A DNA stretch of 64,000 bases from Minisyncoccota bacterium (GTDB lineage: Bacteria; Patescibacteriota; Minisyncoccia; Phycocordibacterales; UBA5272). The notes below the pieces were generated by a model. The model did not search any database, was not told where the DNA came from, and worked only from the letters and a program-made list of their open reading frames with translations. The stretch is taken from positions 18,360 to 82,359 of the forward strand of contig JAMIGE010000022.1 of assembly GCA_035905815.1 (NCBI GenBank). Reading direction: 5' to 3'. A program made the translations under genes and the position numbers. How positions within the stretch are numbered: the first letter of the stretch is position 1; each line of letters begins with the position of its first letter. Positions 40,009-49,994 of this stretch are shown piece by piece.

Positions 40009-40698
40009 ATGCAAAAAAGTAAAAAACCAATAATAATATCTGTAGGAGGATCACTAATTGTACAAGATAAAGTGAACTCAGAATTTTTAAAAAACCTAAC
40101 GCTCACCATTCGGGATCAAATCCAAAAAGGTGAGCGTTTTATTCTGGTTACTGGCGGTGGAAAAGTGTGTCGCAACTACCAAGAAGCAATTTATAACTTT
40201 TACCCCAATAATAAAACTTTAGCAGACTGGATAGGGATACACACGACCATACTTAATGCACAACTACTAAAACTAATATTCCAAGACCTTTCTCATGATA
40301 AACTAGTTGGCAATCCTGATGAAAAGTATGACTGGCAAACCCCTATATTAATTGGTGCCGGCTATGAGCCTGGACATAGTACTGACTACGATACAGTAAA
40401 ACTTGCAATGACATATGGAGCGAATAAAATAATTAACTTATCAAATATAGATTACGTATATGACAGCGACCCGAGACATAACCCGAGCGCTAAACGATTT
40501 GAAAAAGTATCATGGTCAGAATTCCTGACATGCATACCGGAAGAATGGACTCCTGGCCTTAACAGCCCTTTTGACCCCACCGCTGCCAGACTAGCAAAGG
40601 AAAATAATATAGAAGTAGCAATGATTAACGGATTCGCAATTGAAAGGCTTAATGATTATTTAAACGACAAAGATTTCATTGGCACTAGAATATATTAA
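40009..40698 (+). CDS. pyrH: UMP kinase, archaeal-type (amino-acid kinase fold)
   Basis: IISVGGSLIV and VTGGGKVCRNY motifs, a GAGYEPGHSTD motif and 229 aa, matching the short archaeal PyrH layout. Confidence 0.6.
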   Translation: MQKSKKPIIISVGGSLIVQDKVNSEFLKNLTLTIRDQIQKGERFILVTGGGKVCRNYQEAIYNFYPNNKTLADWIGIHTTILNAQLLKLIFQDLSHDKLVGNPDEKYDWQTPILIGAGYEPGHSTDYDTVKLAMTYGANKIINLSNIDYVYDSDPRHNPSAKRFEKVSWSEFLTCIPEEWTPGLNSPFDPTAARLAKENNIEVAMINGFAIERLNDYLNDKDFIGTRIY

Positions 40699-40778
40699 AT
40701 AAAATATATTAAACAATATTTAAAGCTGGCACTATACTTTATAACAATTTAAAACCGCCACAATTGTGACGGTTAATG

Positions 40779-41492
40779 TTATGGAACCCATATTCCAAAC
40801 CTTGGAAGCAGCTTATACATTTCTAGTTTAACGCTCTCCAAAGCTTTTGCTCTTTTTACATTTTCATTATGGAATTCTGAAAGCTTTATCATGAGGCAAT
40901 CTAATGTGCCTGGAATGAGACCGTTATCAATAATTGTCTTTATCGATTCCGAATGCTTTAGATCGGTGAGCTTTGGATCAACATACTTTAAATAGTGTAT
41001 AAGATCCGCTACGGGAATTTGTGTCACCTTTGTAACAGTAGTCTTGCGGCATGGACTTGATACCACACTTAGCGAAACATCTTCAAAGTATATGCATCCG
41101 CAATCTTCTAAGTCCAATGCAAATGAAACCATGGACATCCTATCCGCTTTTGCTAATCTTGACTTGCGTCCCGCACCTATAAATAGTTGAGCAGGATATA
41201 ATGCGCAAGGCGCAAAGCCAGAATTTCCAAAGGCATCACGGCGGAAGGCCACTTCACCTCCGGAATACCTTTTTACGTACGCAGCTATCAACGCTTTGTG
41301 ATCTCTAAATCCATTTTCAAATCTAAGAGATGCTAGCATGGCTGCACATTTTCGCCCTACAGTGTACAAGAGCTGTAGCTGCTGAGTGGCAGTTAAACTC
41401 TTAATATCAATAATATCTCCTTGTACAAGCCGTGCAAAGACTGCACTAACGCTGGCATCTTGAGGGATTTTTGTTTCAGTTGACTCTATCAT
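40779..41492 (-). CDS. hypothetical protein, GC-rich
   Basis: Start taken at MIESTETK with GGAG 7 nt upstream. 237 aa, with no recognisable motif. Confidence 0.45.
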   Translation of the reverse strand: MIESTETKIPQDASVSAVFARLVQGDIIDIKSLTATQQLQLLYTVGRKCAAMLASLRFENGFRDHKALIAAYVKRYSGGEVAFRRDAFGNSGFAPCALYPAQLFIGAGRKSRLAKADRMSMVSFALDLEDCGCIYFEDVSLSVVSSPCRKTTVTKVTQIPVADLIHYLKYVDPKLTDLKHSESIKTIIDNGLIPGTLDCLMIKLSEFHNENVKRAKALESVKLEMYKLLPRFGIWVP

Positions 41493-41625
41493 TATACTCT
41501 CCAAAAATTTAATATACCCAATACTGGGCCCTAAGCACAAGCCTATTAAAATTAGCTACAAAAGTCAAGTAGTATTGCTTTATATTGAATTCTATAGTAC
41601 TATATATAGATAATTATATAAAACA

Positions 41626-42141
41626 TTGGCAGAAAAAATTTTAATCAACAACGCAATCAAATCTCGTGAATTGCGAGTTATAGGTCCAGTCGGGGAGAAT
41701 TTAGGAGTAATAAGTAAAGATGAAGCTTTGGCTGCGGCCAAGCGTGCTGGGCTCGACCTTATAGAAGTGTCTGGCCAGTCTACACCACCAGTTGCCAAGA
41801 TAATGGATTACGGAAAGTATGTATATGAGCTATCTAAAAAGGCCAAAGATGTGAAGGCTAAGTCTCACTCAACAGAGACGAAGGTGGTGCAGACAAGTAT
41901 TGGTATTAGCGAGCATGACATATCTATCAAAGCCAAACAAGCAGCAGAATGGCTAAAGGAAGGCCATAGAGTAAAAGTAGAGATGCAAGTTAAGGGTAGA
42001 AGCAAGTACATGGATGAAGGATTCCTACGCGAGAGGCTAAATAGAATGCTAGCTGTTATACCAGCCCAATACAAAATTGCAGAGCCTCCTAAAAAGCTGC
42101 CAAAAGGTGGATTCTACACAGTGCTTGAAAGTTCCAAATAA
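41626..42141 (+). CDS. infC: translation initiation factor IF-3
   Basis: ELRVIGPVGENLGVISKDEALAAAKRAGLDLIEVSGQSTPPVAKIMDYGKY. A non-ATG (AUU/AUA) start upstream is possible, as is usual for infC. Confidence 0.85.
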   Translation: MAEKILINNAIKSRELRVIGPVGENLGVISKDEALAAAKRAGLDLIEVSGQSTPPVAKIMDYGKYVYELSKKAKDVKAKSHSTETKVVQTSIGISEHDISIKAKQAAEWLKEGHRVKVEMQVKGRSKYMDEGFLRERLNRMLAVIPAQYKIAEPPKKLPKGGFYTVLESSK

Positions 42142-42162
42142 ATGTGCTAATATACTATAACT

Positions 42163-42354
42163 ATGAAAACAAACAAAAGCTATACCAAAAGGCTTAAGGT
42201 TACAAAGAATGGTAAAATCCTTGCTAGAAAGCCAGGACAGAATCACTTTAATTCTAGAGCAACAGGAACTCGCACTATAGCCGGAAGGAGGATGAGTGAG
42301 TTTAAGATGACAGGAAAAGAAAAGTCTAGGTTCTTACCAGGTCTTGTAAAGTAA
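42163..42354 (+). CDS. rpmI: 50S ribosomal protein L35
   Basis: MKTNKSYTKRLKVTKNGKILARKPGQNHF. Confidence 0.85.
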   Translation: MKTNKSYTKRLKVTKNGKILARKPGQNHFNSRATGTRTIAGRRMSEFKMTGKEKSRFLPGLVK

Positions 42355-42373
42355 TAATTTTAATAATAAATAT

Positions 42374-42718
42374 ATGTCAAGAGTTAAAAGAGGTGTAATC
42401 TCAAACAAAAAAAGAAAGAATATTCTAAAGGCTGCTAAAGGCTTTAGATTTGGTAGATCTACTAAAGAGATCGAAGCTCGCGTAGGTCTTAAAAAGGCAG
42501 GAGCACACGCTTTCGCACACAGAAAGGACTTTAAGAATGATATGAGAAGGCTGTGGACTGTAAAGCTTGGCGCAGTATTAAGAGAAGAAGGCACTAATCA
42601 CAGCACTTTCATTAAGGCGCTTAAGACTAAGAGCATTGAACTTGATAGAAAGATACTTGCTGATCTAGCAGTTAATCATCCTGAAGCATTAAAGCAAATA
42701 ATTACTTCAGTTAAGTAA
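42374..42718 (+). CDS. rplT: 50S ribosomal protein L20
   Basis: MSRVKRGVISNKKRKNILKAAKGFRFGRS. Confidence 0.9.
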   Translation: MSRVKRGVISNKKRKNILKAAKGFRFGRSTKEIEARVGLKKAGAHAFAHRKDFKNDMRRLWTVKLGAVLREEGTNHSTFIKALKTKSIELDRKILADLAVNHPEALKQIITSVK

Positions 42719-42741
42719 TCAGAAATTATTTAGCACAAATT

Positions 42742-42774
42742 AAAATAGGCTGGCCATATGGTCAGCCTATTTTA
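42742..42774. terminator. bidirectional terminator (aaaataggctg-gccatatggt-cagcctatttt)
   Basis: Perfect 11-bp stem (counting the A:T extension) between the convergent rplT and 42807 gene. Confidence 0.6.
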
Positions 42775-42806
42775 ATTTGTTATGCGTCGATCTTATATTG
42801 TATATA

Positions 42807-43445
42807 TTACCCCCTGACCTCATCTGTATGATAACTCGGAGGCACAGCTGTGAATGGCTTTTGACAATCGTTACCACAAGTTAATAGCATTTCCTTTATC
42901 CTCTCTACTAGTCTAGCTGGATCTGTATCAAAAATTACTTTTGGATTGGTCCTATTACTATTTTTAATTATACCCTTTATTACCTCATCCGTTCCCCATG
43001 GCCCCTCAAGGACTCCTACAGGTATGTCACTTTCCCACCCAATAGTAAACTCGTGTATAGTACCGATTCTACCGCAGCCGATTATAATAGCATCACTACT
43101 CCTCACTAGCATCATATCCCTACCCGGGAAGCCAAATCCAGTATATATCATTGCGTCCACATAGTCGGTTGGCAGCTTGTATATTTCAGTATGCTCCTTC
43201 TTCGTAGCAGCAGGAGAAAGCCCAAATGCAAATCCACCAATTTTTTTGAATCCTTGATTTACATAATAGGGGAACCCAGTGGTGGCACCTGTCGCTAATT
43301 GGAATCCAGCTTTAGAAATAGATGCCCCCAACTCATATGCCTTGGCTACTACATCAGCACCGCAATGCGATACTTCTGCTGCACCACTTATACATATTGT
43401 AAATTTTTGTAATTCGTCTCTATTGTTTATTATTTCTGTTGTCAT
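42807..43445 (-). CDS. Rossmann-fold TIGR00725/LOG-like (SLOG superfamily) protein
   Basis: FTICISGAAEVSHCG...GATTGFP glycine-rich loops and LVRSSDAIIIGCGRIGTIHEF. Family-level assignment only. Confidence 0.4.
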   Translation of the reverse strand: MTTEIINNRDELQKFTICISGAAEVSHCGADVVAKAYELGASISKAGFQLATGATTGFPYYVNQGFKKIGGFAFGLSPAATKKEHTEIYKLPTDYVDAMIYTGFGFPGRDMMLVRSSDAIIIGCGRIGTIHEFTIGWESDIPVGVLEGPWGTDEVIKGIIKNSNRTNPKVIFDTDPARLVERIKEMLLTCGNDCQKPFTAVPPSYHTDEVRG

Positions 43446-43450
43446 ATTAT

Positions 43451-44821
43451 TTACATTTCTAATTCTACTATTTCATCCACTTGGGGTACTTTTACATTTA
43501 AATTGTAATGCTCGCTTAGCCTTTGTGCTAGGAAGTACGCACTTTTAGGCTCGCCTAATATTACAAATACTTTCTCCAAGGTATCTGCTGCTCTGCCTAC
43601 CAGCTCTTGCAAGTGCTGGCTATCCTTATGCGCGCTAAACCCATGTATATCAATTATCTTTGCTCTCACTTTTACATCAGAGCCGTTAATACGCACATGA
43701 TCTGCCCCATCCTGCAGCATACGCCCTGTTGTACCTGCCGCCTGATATCCTACCAATAGCAAAGTTGTAGTTGGATTACCCAAATGCTGCTCAGCATGAT
43801 GCATAATTCTACCACCACTCATCATGCCAGATCCAGCAATGATGACCTTGGGATTGGGTGATGTATTAATTGCCTTGCTCTCCTCTTTAGTCTCTGTGAT
43901 GTGCAGACCTTTAAAATTGAATATGTCATCATGCTTGATCACCGCATTTGCTGAATCGTTAAAATAGCTTTCATATTTCTTATACACCTTTGTGATGTTA
44001 ATAGCAAGTGGCGAGTCCAAATACATATCAATTGCAGGTATTGTAGCTGTTTCTACCATGTTGTTAATATAATACAGTAGCTCCTGTGTGCGCTCTATAC
44101 TAAACGCTGGTATAAGCAAAGTGCCGCTTTTGGCTACCGTATCCTTAATCGCATCACGCAATAGCTTTACCCTATCTTCTACATCTTCATGATTCCTATC
44201 CCCATACACGCTTTCGATTGCTAGATAGTTCACCCCTTTTAGTTGCTCTGTGTCGCGCATTAGCGGATTCGGATTATTACCAAGGTCTCCAGTAAAGACC
44301 AATCTCTTGCCATTTATACTGATCTCAACCATAGCACTTCCTAATATGTGTCCAGCGTCTAAAAGTTTAAATGTTACTATGCCCTCACTAGTATGCATTG
44401 GCAATACCTCATGATATGGCAGGGCGTGCCAATTATTACTAGCTTTGGCTACGTCAGCCTCATAATACAGAGGCTCTAGCCCGTCACGCTCTGCCTCTTT
44501 AGCTAGTACTCCTAGACTGTCTTCCATAATATATGCAGCCATGTCCTTGGTAGGTGGGGTGCTATATATTGGGCCACAATACCCATCGCGAACCAGCTTG
44601 GGTATTCTGCCTACATGATCTAAATGGGCGTGGGTAACAAATAGCGCATCTACTGATTTTACATCATATGTGAATGCCTCCCAATTAGACTCGGTAGCCA
44701 TTTTACTACCTTGATAGAGTCCACAATCTACTAATATATTCTTGTCACCTATTGTAATTAAAAAGTTCGAACCAGTTGGACTTTCAGCACCTCCTGCAAA
44801 TTGTATTTTTATTTTAGCCAT
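43451..44821 (-). CDS. MBL-fold metallo-hydrolase, beta-CASP ribonuclease family (RNase J / CPSF-like)
   Basis: HAHLDHVGRIP (HxHxDH), a later GHILGSAMV motif, and a C-terminal beta-CASP domain with a His motif. 456 aa. Confidence 0.7.
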   Translation of the reverse strand: MAKIKIQFAGGAESPTGSNFLITIGDKNILVDCGLYQGSKMATESNWEAFTYDVKSVDALFVTHAHLDHVGRIPKLVRDGYCGPIYSTPPTKDMAAYIMEDSLGVLAKEAERDGLEPLYYEADVAKASNNWHALPYHEVLPMHTSEGIVTFKLLDAGHILGSAMVEISINGKRLVFTGDLGNNPNPLMRDTEQLKGVNYLAIESVYGDRNHEDVEDRVKLLRDAIKDTVAKSGTLLIPAFSIERTQELLYYINNMVETATIPAIDMYLDSPLAINITKVYKKYESYFNDSANAVIKHDDIFNFKGLHITETKEESKAINTSPNPKVIIAGSGMMSGGRIMHHAEQHLGNPTTTLLLVGYQAAGTTGRMLQDGADHVRINGSDVKVRAKIIDIHGFSAHKDSQHLQELVGRAADTLEKVFVILGEPKSAYFLAQRLSEHYNLNVKVPQVDEIVELEM

Positions 44822-45252
44822 GTGAATTTGAATTTATTATAGCATACAATTACAGCGCCTAATATATCATTACCCACATCTATCATAGTATCAGCAGCGC
44901 CGCCCCACTTCACTACATATCCATAATAATACATTGCAAACTCATATATTTCCCATACTATACCCACAATCAACACGAATACAAAAATGCAAAAGGAGAT
45001 CTTCTGATTATTCTTATTTAAAACAGTAGCGACATCAGTAGGCGAACTCAAATTATTATAAAGAAGCGCGTAACCAATATTTGCAAATATAAATCCCCCG
45101 AATATATGAAAGGGAATGTCGAGCCACCAGAGCACATCAAAGGCATTAAGTGTATTGAGCGGCACAGTGGCAATCCAGAATGTAAATGCAGCAATCACCA
45201 GATATGTGATTAATATTTTATATTTTATATTTCCTAAATATGAATTTATCAT
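44809..45252 (-). CDS. hypothetical membrane protein
   Basis: 147 aa, 4 hydrophobic segments, aromatic-rich. Confidence 0.4.
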   Translation of the reverse strand: MINSYLGNIKYKILITYLVIAAFTFWIATVPLNTLNAFDVLWWLDIPFHIFGGFIFANIGYALLYNNLSSPTDVATVLNKNNQKISFCIFVFVLIVGIVWEIYEFAMYYYGYVVKWGGAADTMIDVGNDILGAVIVCYNKFKFTWLK

Positions 45253-45439
45253 AATAATAATTATATCACAAAATCCACCTGTTGTAGGTGGATTTGGGCT
45301 GGCTATTACCTGTAGTGTTACAGGTGGGTAAAGAAAGTACAGCGCCTCAGCATTGTATCAATATCTTATAACCCTAGAATTTATTATTCAGATAAATTGC
45401 TAGCTAATATAATTATAATACTTCTGTAAAATTTTGCAA

Positions 45440-45468
45440 ATCAAAAGCGGGTCATACCCGCTTTTGAT
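45440..45468. terminator. hairpin (atcaaaagcgggt-cata-cccgcttttgat)
   Basis: Perfect 12-bp stem with an A-rich loop, upstream of the ndk gene start. Confidence 0.55.
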
Positions 45469-45502
45469 TTAAAACCACACGTTACGAATATACAGTAATA
45501 TA

Positions 45503-46114
45503 CTACTCAGCAATTCCATCCAAATTCACATCATATAGCATGACTTCGGTAACTAATTTGTAATTGTATATCTCCTCAGGAGTAAACCATACACCTACCT
45601 CATAATTATATGCCTCTGGCCCATCAGCAGGATCGGTACAATGTATTAGATTGCGCATTCCTCTTGATCCATCTACATCGCAAAGGAAGAATGAATCCAA
45701 GGCATAATCTCCACGTATAGTACCAGTATCTGCTGTCGTTGGCTCTGTGCCGCCTACTAGCCTCTTCACAACAGCCTGTGACTGATTACCCTCTATCACC
45801 ATACACACTACAGGGCAAGCAGCAATGTAGTGCACCATTTTCCTGATAATATCCCTTCCGTATTCAATAGCTTCCTTCTCTATAGGCATGCCAAGCTTGG
45901 TCCTGTTCTCTATAATTCCCTGACCTTTTCTGGTATACCATGCGTCATCCTTATTATAATGCTTGAAAATTAATTCTTCGTTAGCCTGAGTCATTTTCAT
46001 TGCTACAATTTTAAGACCAATACGCTCGAATCTGGTAATAATATCCCCTACTAGGCCACGCTGAACAGTGTCAGGCTTTAGTATTACAAATGTTCTTTCT
46101 TTTTTTGGATGCAT
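45503..46114 (-). CDS. ndk: nucleoside diphosphate kinase (with internal insertion)
   Basis: ERTFVILKPDTVQRGLVGDIITRFERIGLKIVAMK and GTIRGDYA motifs, and NLIHCTD with the active-site His. Confidence 0.8.
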   Translation of the reverse strand: MHPKKERTFVILKPDTVQRGLVGDIITRFERIGLKIVAMKMTQANEELIFKHYNKDDAWYTRKGQGIIENRTKLGMPIEKEAIEYGRDIIRKMVHYIAACPVVCMVIEGNQSQAVVKRLVGGTEPTTADTGTIRGDYALDSFFLCDVDGSRGMRNLIHCTDPADGPEAYNYEVGVWFTPEEIYNYKLVTEVMLYDVNLDGIAE

Positions 46115-46175
46115 ATATTTTAATTACAATTACTACTAATTTATACTACCATTATATCATAATAGTGCATATATT

Positions 46176-46214
46176 AAAACAAAAGCTGCACATTATGTGC
46201 AGCTTTTGTTTTAA
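46176..46214. terminator. hairpin (aaaagctgcaca-ttatg-tgcagctttt)
   Basis: Perfect stem 3' of rpsR on the minus strand. Confidence 0.55.
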
Positions 46215-46260
46215 TATAAATATTTTATAGAGGCTTTGACTCTGCCAGCAATGAATATTA

Positions 46261-46458
46261 TTATCTAGATACGTATGGAAGTAGCCCCATGAATCTAGCT
46301 CTCTTAATAGCTTCTGCTATTGATCTCTGTGCCTTCGCTGTCGCACCTGACTTCCTTCTATTTTGAATTCTAGAGTGAGTGTTGATGTGCTTCTTTAGAA
46401 GGTCTAGATTCTTATAATCTATTACGTTTTTAATATTTACTTTTTTAGTTTCTTTCAT
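46261..46458 (-). CDS. rpsR: 30S ribosomal protein S18
   Basis: IDYKNLDLLKKHINTHSRIQNRRKSGATAKAQRSIAEAIKRARFMGLLPY. Confidence 0.85.
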   Translation of the reverse strand: MKETKKVNIKNVIDYKNLDLLKKHINTHSRIQNRRKSGATAKAQRSIAEAIKRARFMGLLPYVSR

Positions 46459-46466
46459 AGTTTTAA

Positions 46467-46919
46467 TTAGAATGGTATATCATTTGGATCTATCTCTTCT
46501 CCGTAGTCTATATTGTCTACACTGTTACCTTTGTCAGACACACTAGCTGACTTGTCTCCTTCAGCTGTTATTGTACTACTTGCTGCGCCTGCTTTTGGAC
46601 CGAACTGAACTGAATCTGCGATGATTTCTGTCCTGTACTTTTTAGTACTTGTAGCAGCATCGTCCCAGCTTCTTGTCTGTATTCTGCCTTCGACTAGTAC
46701 TGACTGGCCTTTGCGCAAGTATTGATTACATAGCTCGGCACTTTTACCAAATACCACAATATTATGATATTCGACTTGCTCCTGCTTGGCACCATTGTTA
46801 TCCTTGTATACACGATTAGTAGCCACACTGAAGTTAGTAACATTAGAGCCTGTAGGCATAGCCTTCATCTCTGGATCACGAGTAAGGTTCCCCAATACAT
46901 ACACTTTGTTTAAATACAT
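46467..46919 (-). CDS. ssb: single-stranded DNA-binding protein
   Basis: OB-fold N-terminus (NKVYVLGNLTRDPEMKAMPTG...HNIVVFGKSAE) and an acidic tail ending DIPF. Confidence 0.85.
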   Translation of the reverse strand: MYLNKVYVLGNLTRDPEMKAMPTGSNVTNFSVATNRVYKDNNGAKQEQVEYHNIVVFGKSAELCNQYLRKGQSVLVEGRIQTRSWDDAATSTKKYRTEIIADSVQFGPKAGAASSTITAEGDKSASVSDKGNSVDNIDYGEEIDPNDIPF

Positions 46920-46956
46920 ATATGTTTATTATTATTGATATACCTTTATTGTACTT

Positions 46957-47451
46957 TTAAATAGCCTTCTCCGCAACCACCTCTTCCACAACCTCTAGAG
47001 GAGCAATTACATCTGCGATATCAGATACAGTTGTATCGATTTGTGATGGGTCTGCGGCCTCTACAGGAGAGATCTTGTCTTCTTCTCTTCTTGTAATAAT
47101 ATTAGTATCCTTGTCTGCCTTTACAATCATGAATCTAACGATTTCTTCATCTAGGTCCAGCTTCTTTTTAATACTTATAAGTTTGCTTGGCTCTAAATCG
47201 AACTTTACCCAAGAGAAATATCCTGTGTCGAATCTAGTGTTAGCATTTTTAATTACGCGTATCATCTCATAAGCTAGCCCTCTTAAATATGGAGCTTCTT
47301 CTGAAATGAAGCTAGCTCCTTCGCTAGCAATAAGCTGCTTGACCGCGTCAAACTTCTCAAGCGCCGCCTCCTCGCTCATAGTATTTACAAAAATACTTGC
47401 TAGCTCGTATGTACGACTGCCTATTATGGTTTCATTTATATTTTCTTGCAT
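46957..47451 (-). CDS. rpsF: 30S ribosomal protein S6 (extended acidic C-terminus)
   Basis: YELASIFVNTMSEEAALEKFDAVKQLIASEGA, in the rpsF-ssb-rpsR order. Confidence 0.8.
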   Translation of the reverse strand: MQENINETIIGSRTYELASIFVNTMSEEAALEKFDAVKQLIASEGASFISEEAPYLRGLAYEMIRVIKNANTRFDTGYFSWVKFDLEPSKLISIKKKLDLDEEIVRFMIVKADKDTNIITRREEDKISPVEAADPSQIDTTVSDIADVIAPLEVVEEVVAEKAI

Positions 47452-47500
47452 AGGGTAATATTATATCACAAATATAGATTTAAGTCTACCTTTGCTCAAT

Positions 47501-48187
47501 TTACCCCAAATAGTTATCTGTCATGATTTTGGTCGCTATTTGTCTGAATTGCTGACCCACGCCCCCCTTCACCCTGAATCCAGCAGCGATAACTAACTGT
47601 ATGTGATAATATTTAACTGGCTTTGCTTTTGCTTTGGCGGCAGTATCATGTGACTGCGAAACTTCTATTACAAGGTCATTGGTAGCTAAGCCATCCTCGT
47701 CTATTGCTGATTTAATATACTTGGCCATTAGTAGCGGGGTAATACCGTATATATCTGCAGCATCCTTGGCAGTCTTCCATATATCATTATTAATCGTGTC
47801 TTTAAAAGTTGCTGTCGTAGGCTTGCTTTGTACTGGCACGCTATTTTTATCTGTGTCATCGTAATCATTGCTTTCCACTACAGCGCTTGCACTAGATACC
47901 TTTCTATTTCTTAAATGATTACGCTCTATAACTTGGGCACGTGTGACTTCGCCAATTCCTCCGGCAGGTGTGTATGCAGCAGGGCTAACTTCATCATACG
48001 TTTGGCTGTGATTATTATGTGTGGAAGTATTTTTGGTGTTAGTTTTAGTGTTAGTGTTAGGCATCTCATCTTCCACAATAAAATTATCCGAAATATTTAA
48101 TATTTCATCATCATCTTCTTCCATCAACAATTTTTGTAGCCAACTCATACTTTTATTATACATTAATTTCAAATTTATTGCATCCAC
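47501..48187 (-). CDS. RhuM-family (Fic/DOC-associated, HTH-containing) protein with a low-complexity acidic/Thr-rich N-terminal half
   Basis: C-terminal KYYHIQLVIAAGFRVKGGVGQQFRQIATKIM matches the RhuM signature YNLDxIISVGYRVNSxxGxQFRxWAT. Confidence 0.55.
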   Translation of the reverse strand: MDAINLKLMYNKSMSWLQKLLMEEDDDEILNISDNFIVEDEMPNTNTKTNTKNTSTHNNHSQTYDEVSPAAYTPAGGIGEVTRAQVIERNHLRNRKVSSASAVVESNDYDDTDKNSVPVQSKPTTATFKDTINNDIWKTAKDAADIYGITPLLMAKYIKSAIDEDGLATNDLVIEVSQSHDTAAKAKAKPVKYYHIQLVIAAGFRVKGGVGQQFRQIATKIMTDNYLG

Positions 48188-48208
48188 AGTTTTGCATATT
48201 CAAAATAT

Positions 48209-49102
48209 TTATTGTAGAAAGTCTCTGATAAAATTTCTATACAGTACATTAGATAACTCTTCCCTGTCTATACTCTTAATCTCTGCAATTTTATCAATTA
48301 TGATTCCAATATTAAGTGGACTATTCCTTTGCGACACTTTCTTGCCGCCCGGCCCCCGCGGTGATACATATGGACTATCAGTCTCTGCATGTATTGAATC
48401 AATTGGTAAGTATCTAACTACATCATCGTATTCACTAGTGATTGTAAGTACGCCTCCTAAGCTGAATGTAAAGCCTAATCCTAAAAACTGTTTTGCTATT
48501 TCTATATCCCCAACAAAGAAGTGCACATTGCCTCTTAAATTATCCCCTGCCCCCGCTTGCTTCTCCTCATTTAATATTTCTAGCATATCAATATACGCAT
48601 CCATACCATTTGAATTTATTATGTCATCCTTAGTGCTCGGCCTGCCGTGTAGCATAAGCGGCAGATTGTGAGAAAGTGCAAATTTTATTTGATCTTTAAA
48701 AAGAATTTTCTGTCTATTCTTTTCAGCTCGTCTCTTCTCTGACAATTCTACATCACTCAAATTATTAGTATTCTTTTTAATTTCAAGTTCGAGGTAATAA
48801 TAGTCCAATCCGCACTCCCCTACAGCTACACACTTAGGGTGTGAGGCAAGCTTTTCAAATTCACCACTATCGAATATAGCTGCAATATCATCATGCGGAT
48901 GCACACCAATAGTGAAATATATATTGTCCGACATGTCTGCTGTGCGCAGGGCATCTTGACTGGCTTTTAAATCTGTTCCTATCGTAACAGTTGCTATCCC
49001 AGACTTGCGCATCTCTTGAATTAGATCTTTCCTATCAGAGTCAAAAGCTTTGTCGTGCAAATGTGAATGGGCGTCTATATATTTAAAATTATTATCCGTC
49101 AT
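48209..49102 (-). CDS. tatD: TatD-family metal-dependent hydrolase/DNase (with insertion)
   Basis: IDAHSHLHDKAFDSDR N-terminus (HxH) and later MLHGRPS, VHFFVGD and ETDSPY motifs. Confidence 0.75.
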   Translation of the reverse strand: MTDNNFKYIDAHSHLHDKAFDSDRKDLIQEMRKSGIATVTIGTDLKASQDALRTADMSDNIYFTIGVHPHDDIAAIFDSGEFEKLASHPKCVAVGECGLDYYYLELEIKKNTNNLSDVELSEKRRAEKNRQKILFKDQIKFALSHNLPLMLHGRPSTKDDIINSNGMDAYIDMLEILNEEKQAGAGDNLRGNVHFFVGDIEIAKQFLGLGFTFSLGGVLTITSEYDDVVRYLPIDSIHAETDSPYVSPRGPGGKKVSQRNSPLNIGIIIDKIAEIKSIDREELSNVLYRNFIRDFLQ

Positions 49103-49141
49103 GATTATAAGCTACACTATATCATTTATTATAATAAATAA

Positions 49142-49161
49142 AAAGCAGCCACAGCTGCTTT
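49142..49161. terminator. hairpin (agcagc-caca-gctgct)
   Basis: Seen between tatD and the 49190 gene. Confidence 0.45.
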
Positions 49162-49189
49162 ACAACTTTATAGTTCAGTCTCATGTATG

Positions 49190-49891
49190 TTAAGAATTAT
49201 GCACACTAGATACAAAGTCACTCATTTCTTGCGCTGACATATTAGGCTGTATAGTCAGTAGAAAGTCTGTCACTCCTGACATAGCCAGTCCTCTAAGGTC
49301 TGCAGAGTAAGGAGAGCAGCTCACCGCGATCCTGGATGTGGGCGACACTGCGCCACACAATACCAGTCGCCCATGTGCCGGCGAAGCGTCCTTGGTTGTA
49401 CCAGATATTACCGGTATCGCCTTGGATATGGATATCGCTCGCACTACCTCTGGCACCAGCCCGCGATCGCCGTGCTTCACTATTTGTGGTACCGATACAT
49501 AAAAGGTCGAGTTCTGGGATTTGCTGTTCATCAGCTTGCGCGCGGCAGCCAATGAGCCGACATCTTCTATCTTTACTTCTTTGTCGTAATTTACTCCTGG
49601 CTGCGCCGACCAAAGCATAGACACCGACTCCGGCACAGACCTGGCAGCCACATCATTTGGCACATCTGTCAGGCTAACACCAATTGTTAATTTAATTGCA
49701 AGTTCATCATGCCATCTGCTAAAATGCGGCCAGTCAGACTTAGTCATCTTCACCATCAAACCATCAGCTTTAGATGCCGCCACAATTGCGGCCACCCTGC
49801 CCAGCTCGGTAGTGTTGTGAAATTCATATACCCATATAACCCGCAAATTCTGTGCCACCACTTGACTGTTATCGCTTGGAATTAAGCTCAT
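49190..49891 (-). CDS. hypothetical protein, GC-rich
   Basis: 233 aa, about 52% GC, with no recognisable motif. Confidence 0.4.
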   Translation of the reverse strand: MSLIPSDNSQVVAQNLRVIWVYEFHNTTELGRVAAIVAASKADGLMVKMTKSDWPHFSRWHDELAIKLTIGVSLTDVPNDVAARSVPESVSMLWSAQPGVNYDKEVKIEDVGSLAAARKLMNSKSQNSTFYVSVPQIVKHGDRGLVPEVVRAISISKAIPVISGTTKDASPAHGRLVLCGAVSPTSRIAVSCSPYSADLRGLAMSGVTDFLLTIQPNMSAQEMSDFVSSVHNS

Positions 49892-49957
49892 GTTACCTCC
49901 AAATTTAAAGAGCTCTATACTGATGAGAGTCTACCATATTCTATACATTATGCAAAT

Positions 49958-49994
49958 GAAAAGCCCCAAGGAAATCCTTGGGGCGTTTGTTATT
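49958..49994. terminator. hairpin (gccccaagg-aaat-ccttggggc)
   Basis: Perfect 9-bp stem plus T-tract, separating the 49190 gene from the 49990-51908 operon. Confidence 0.6.
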
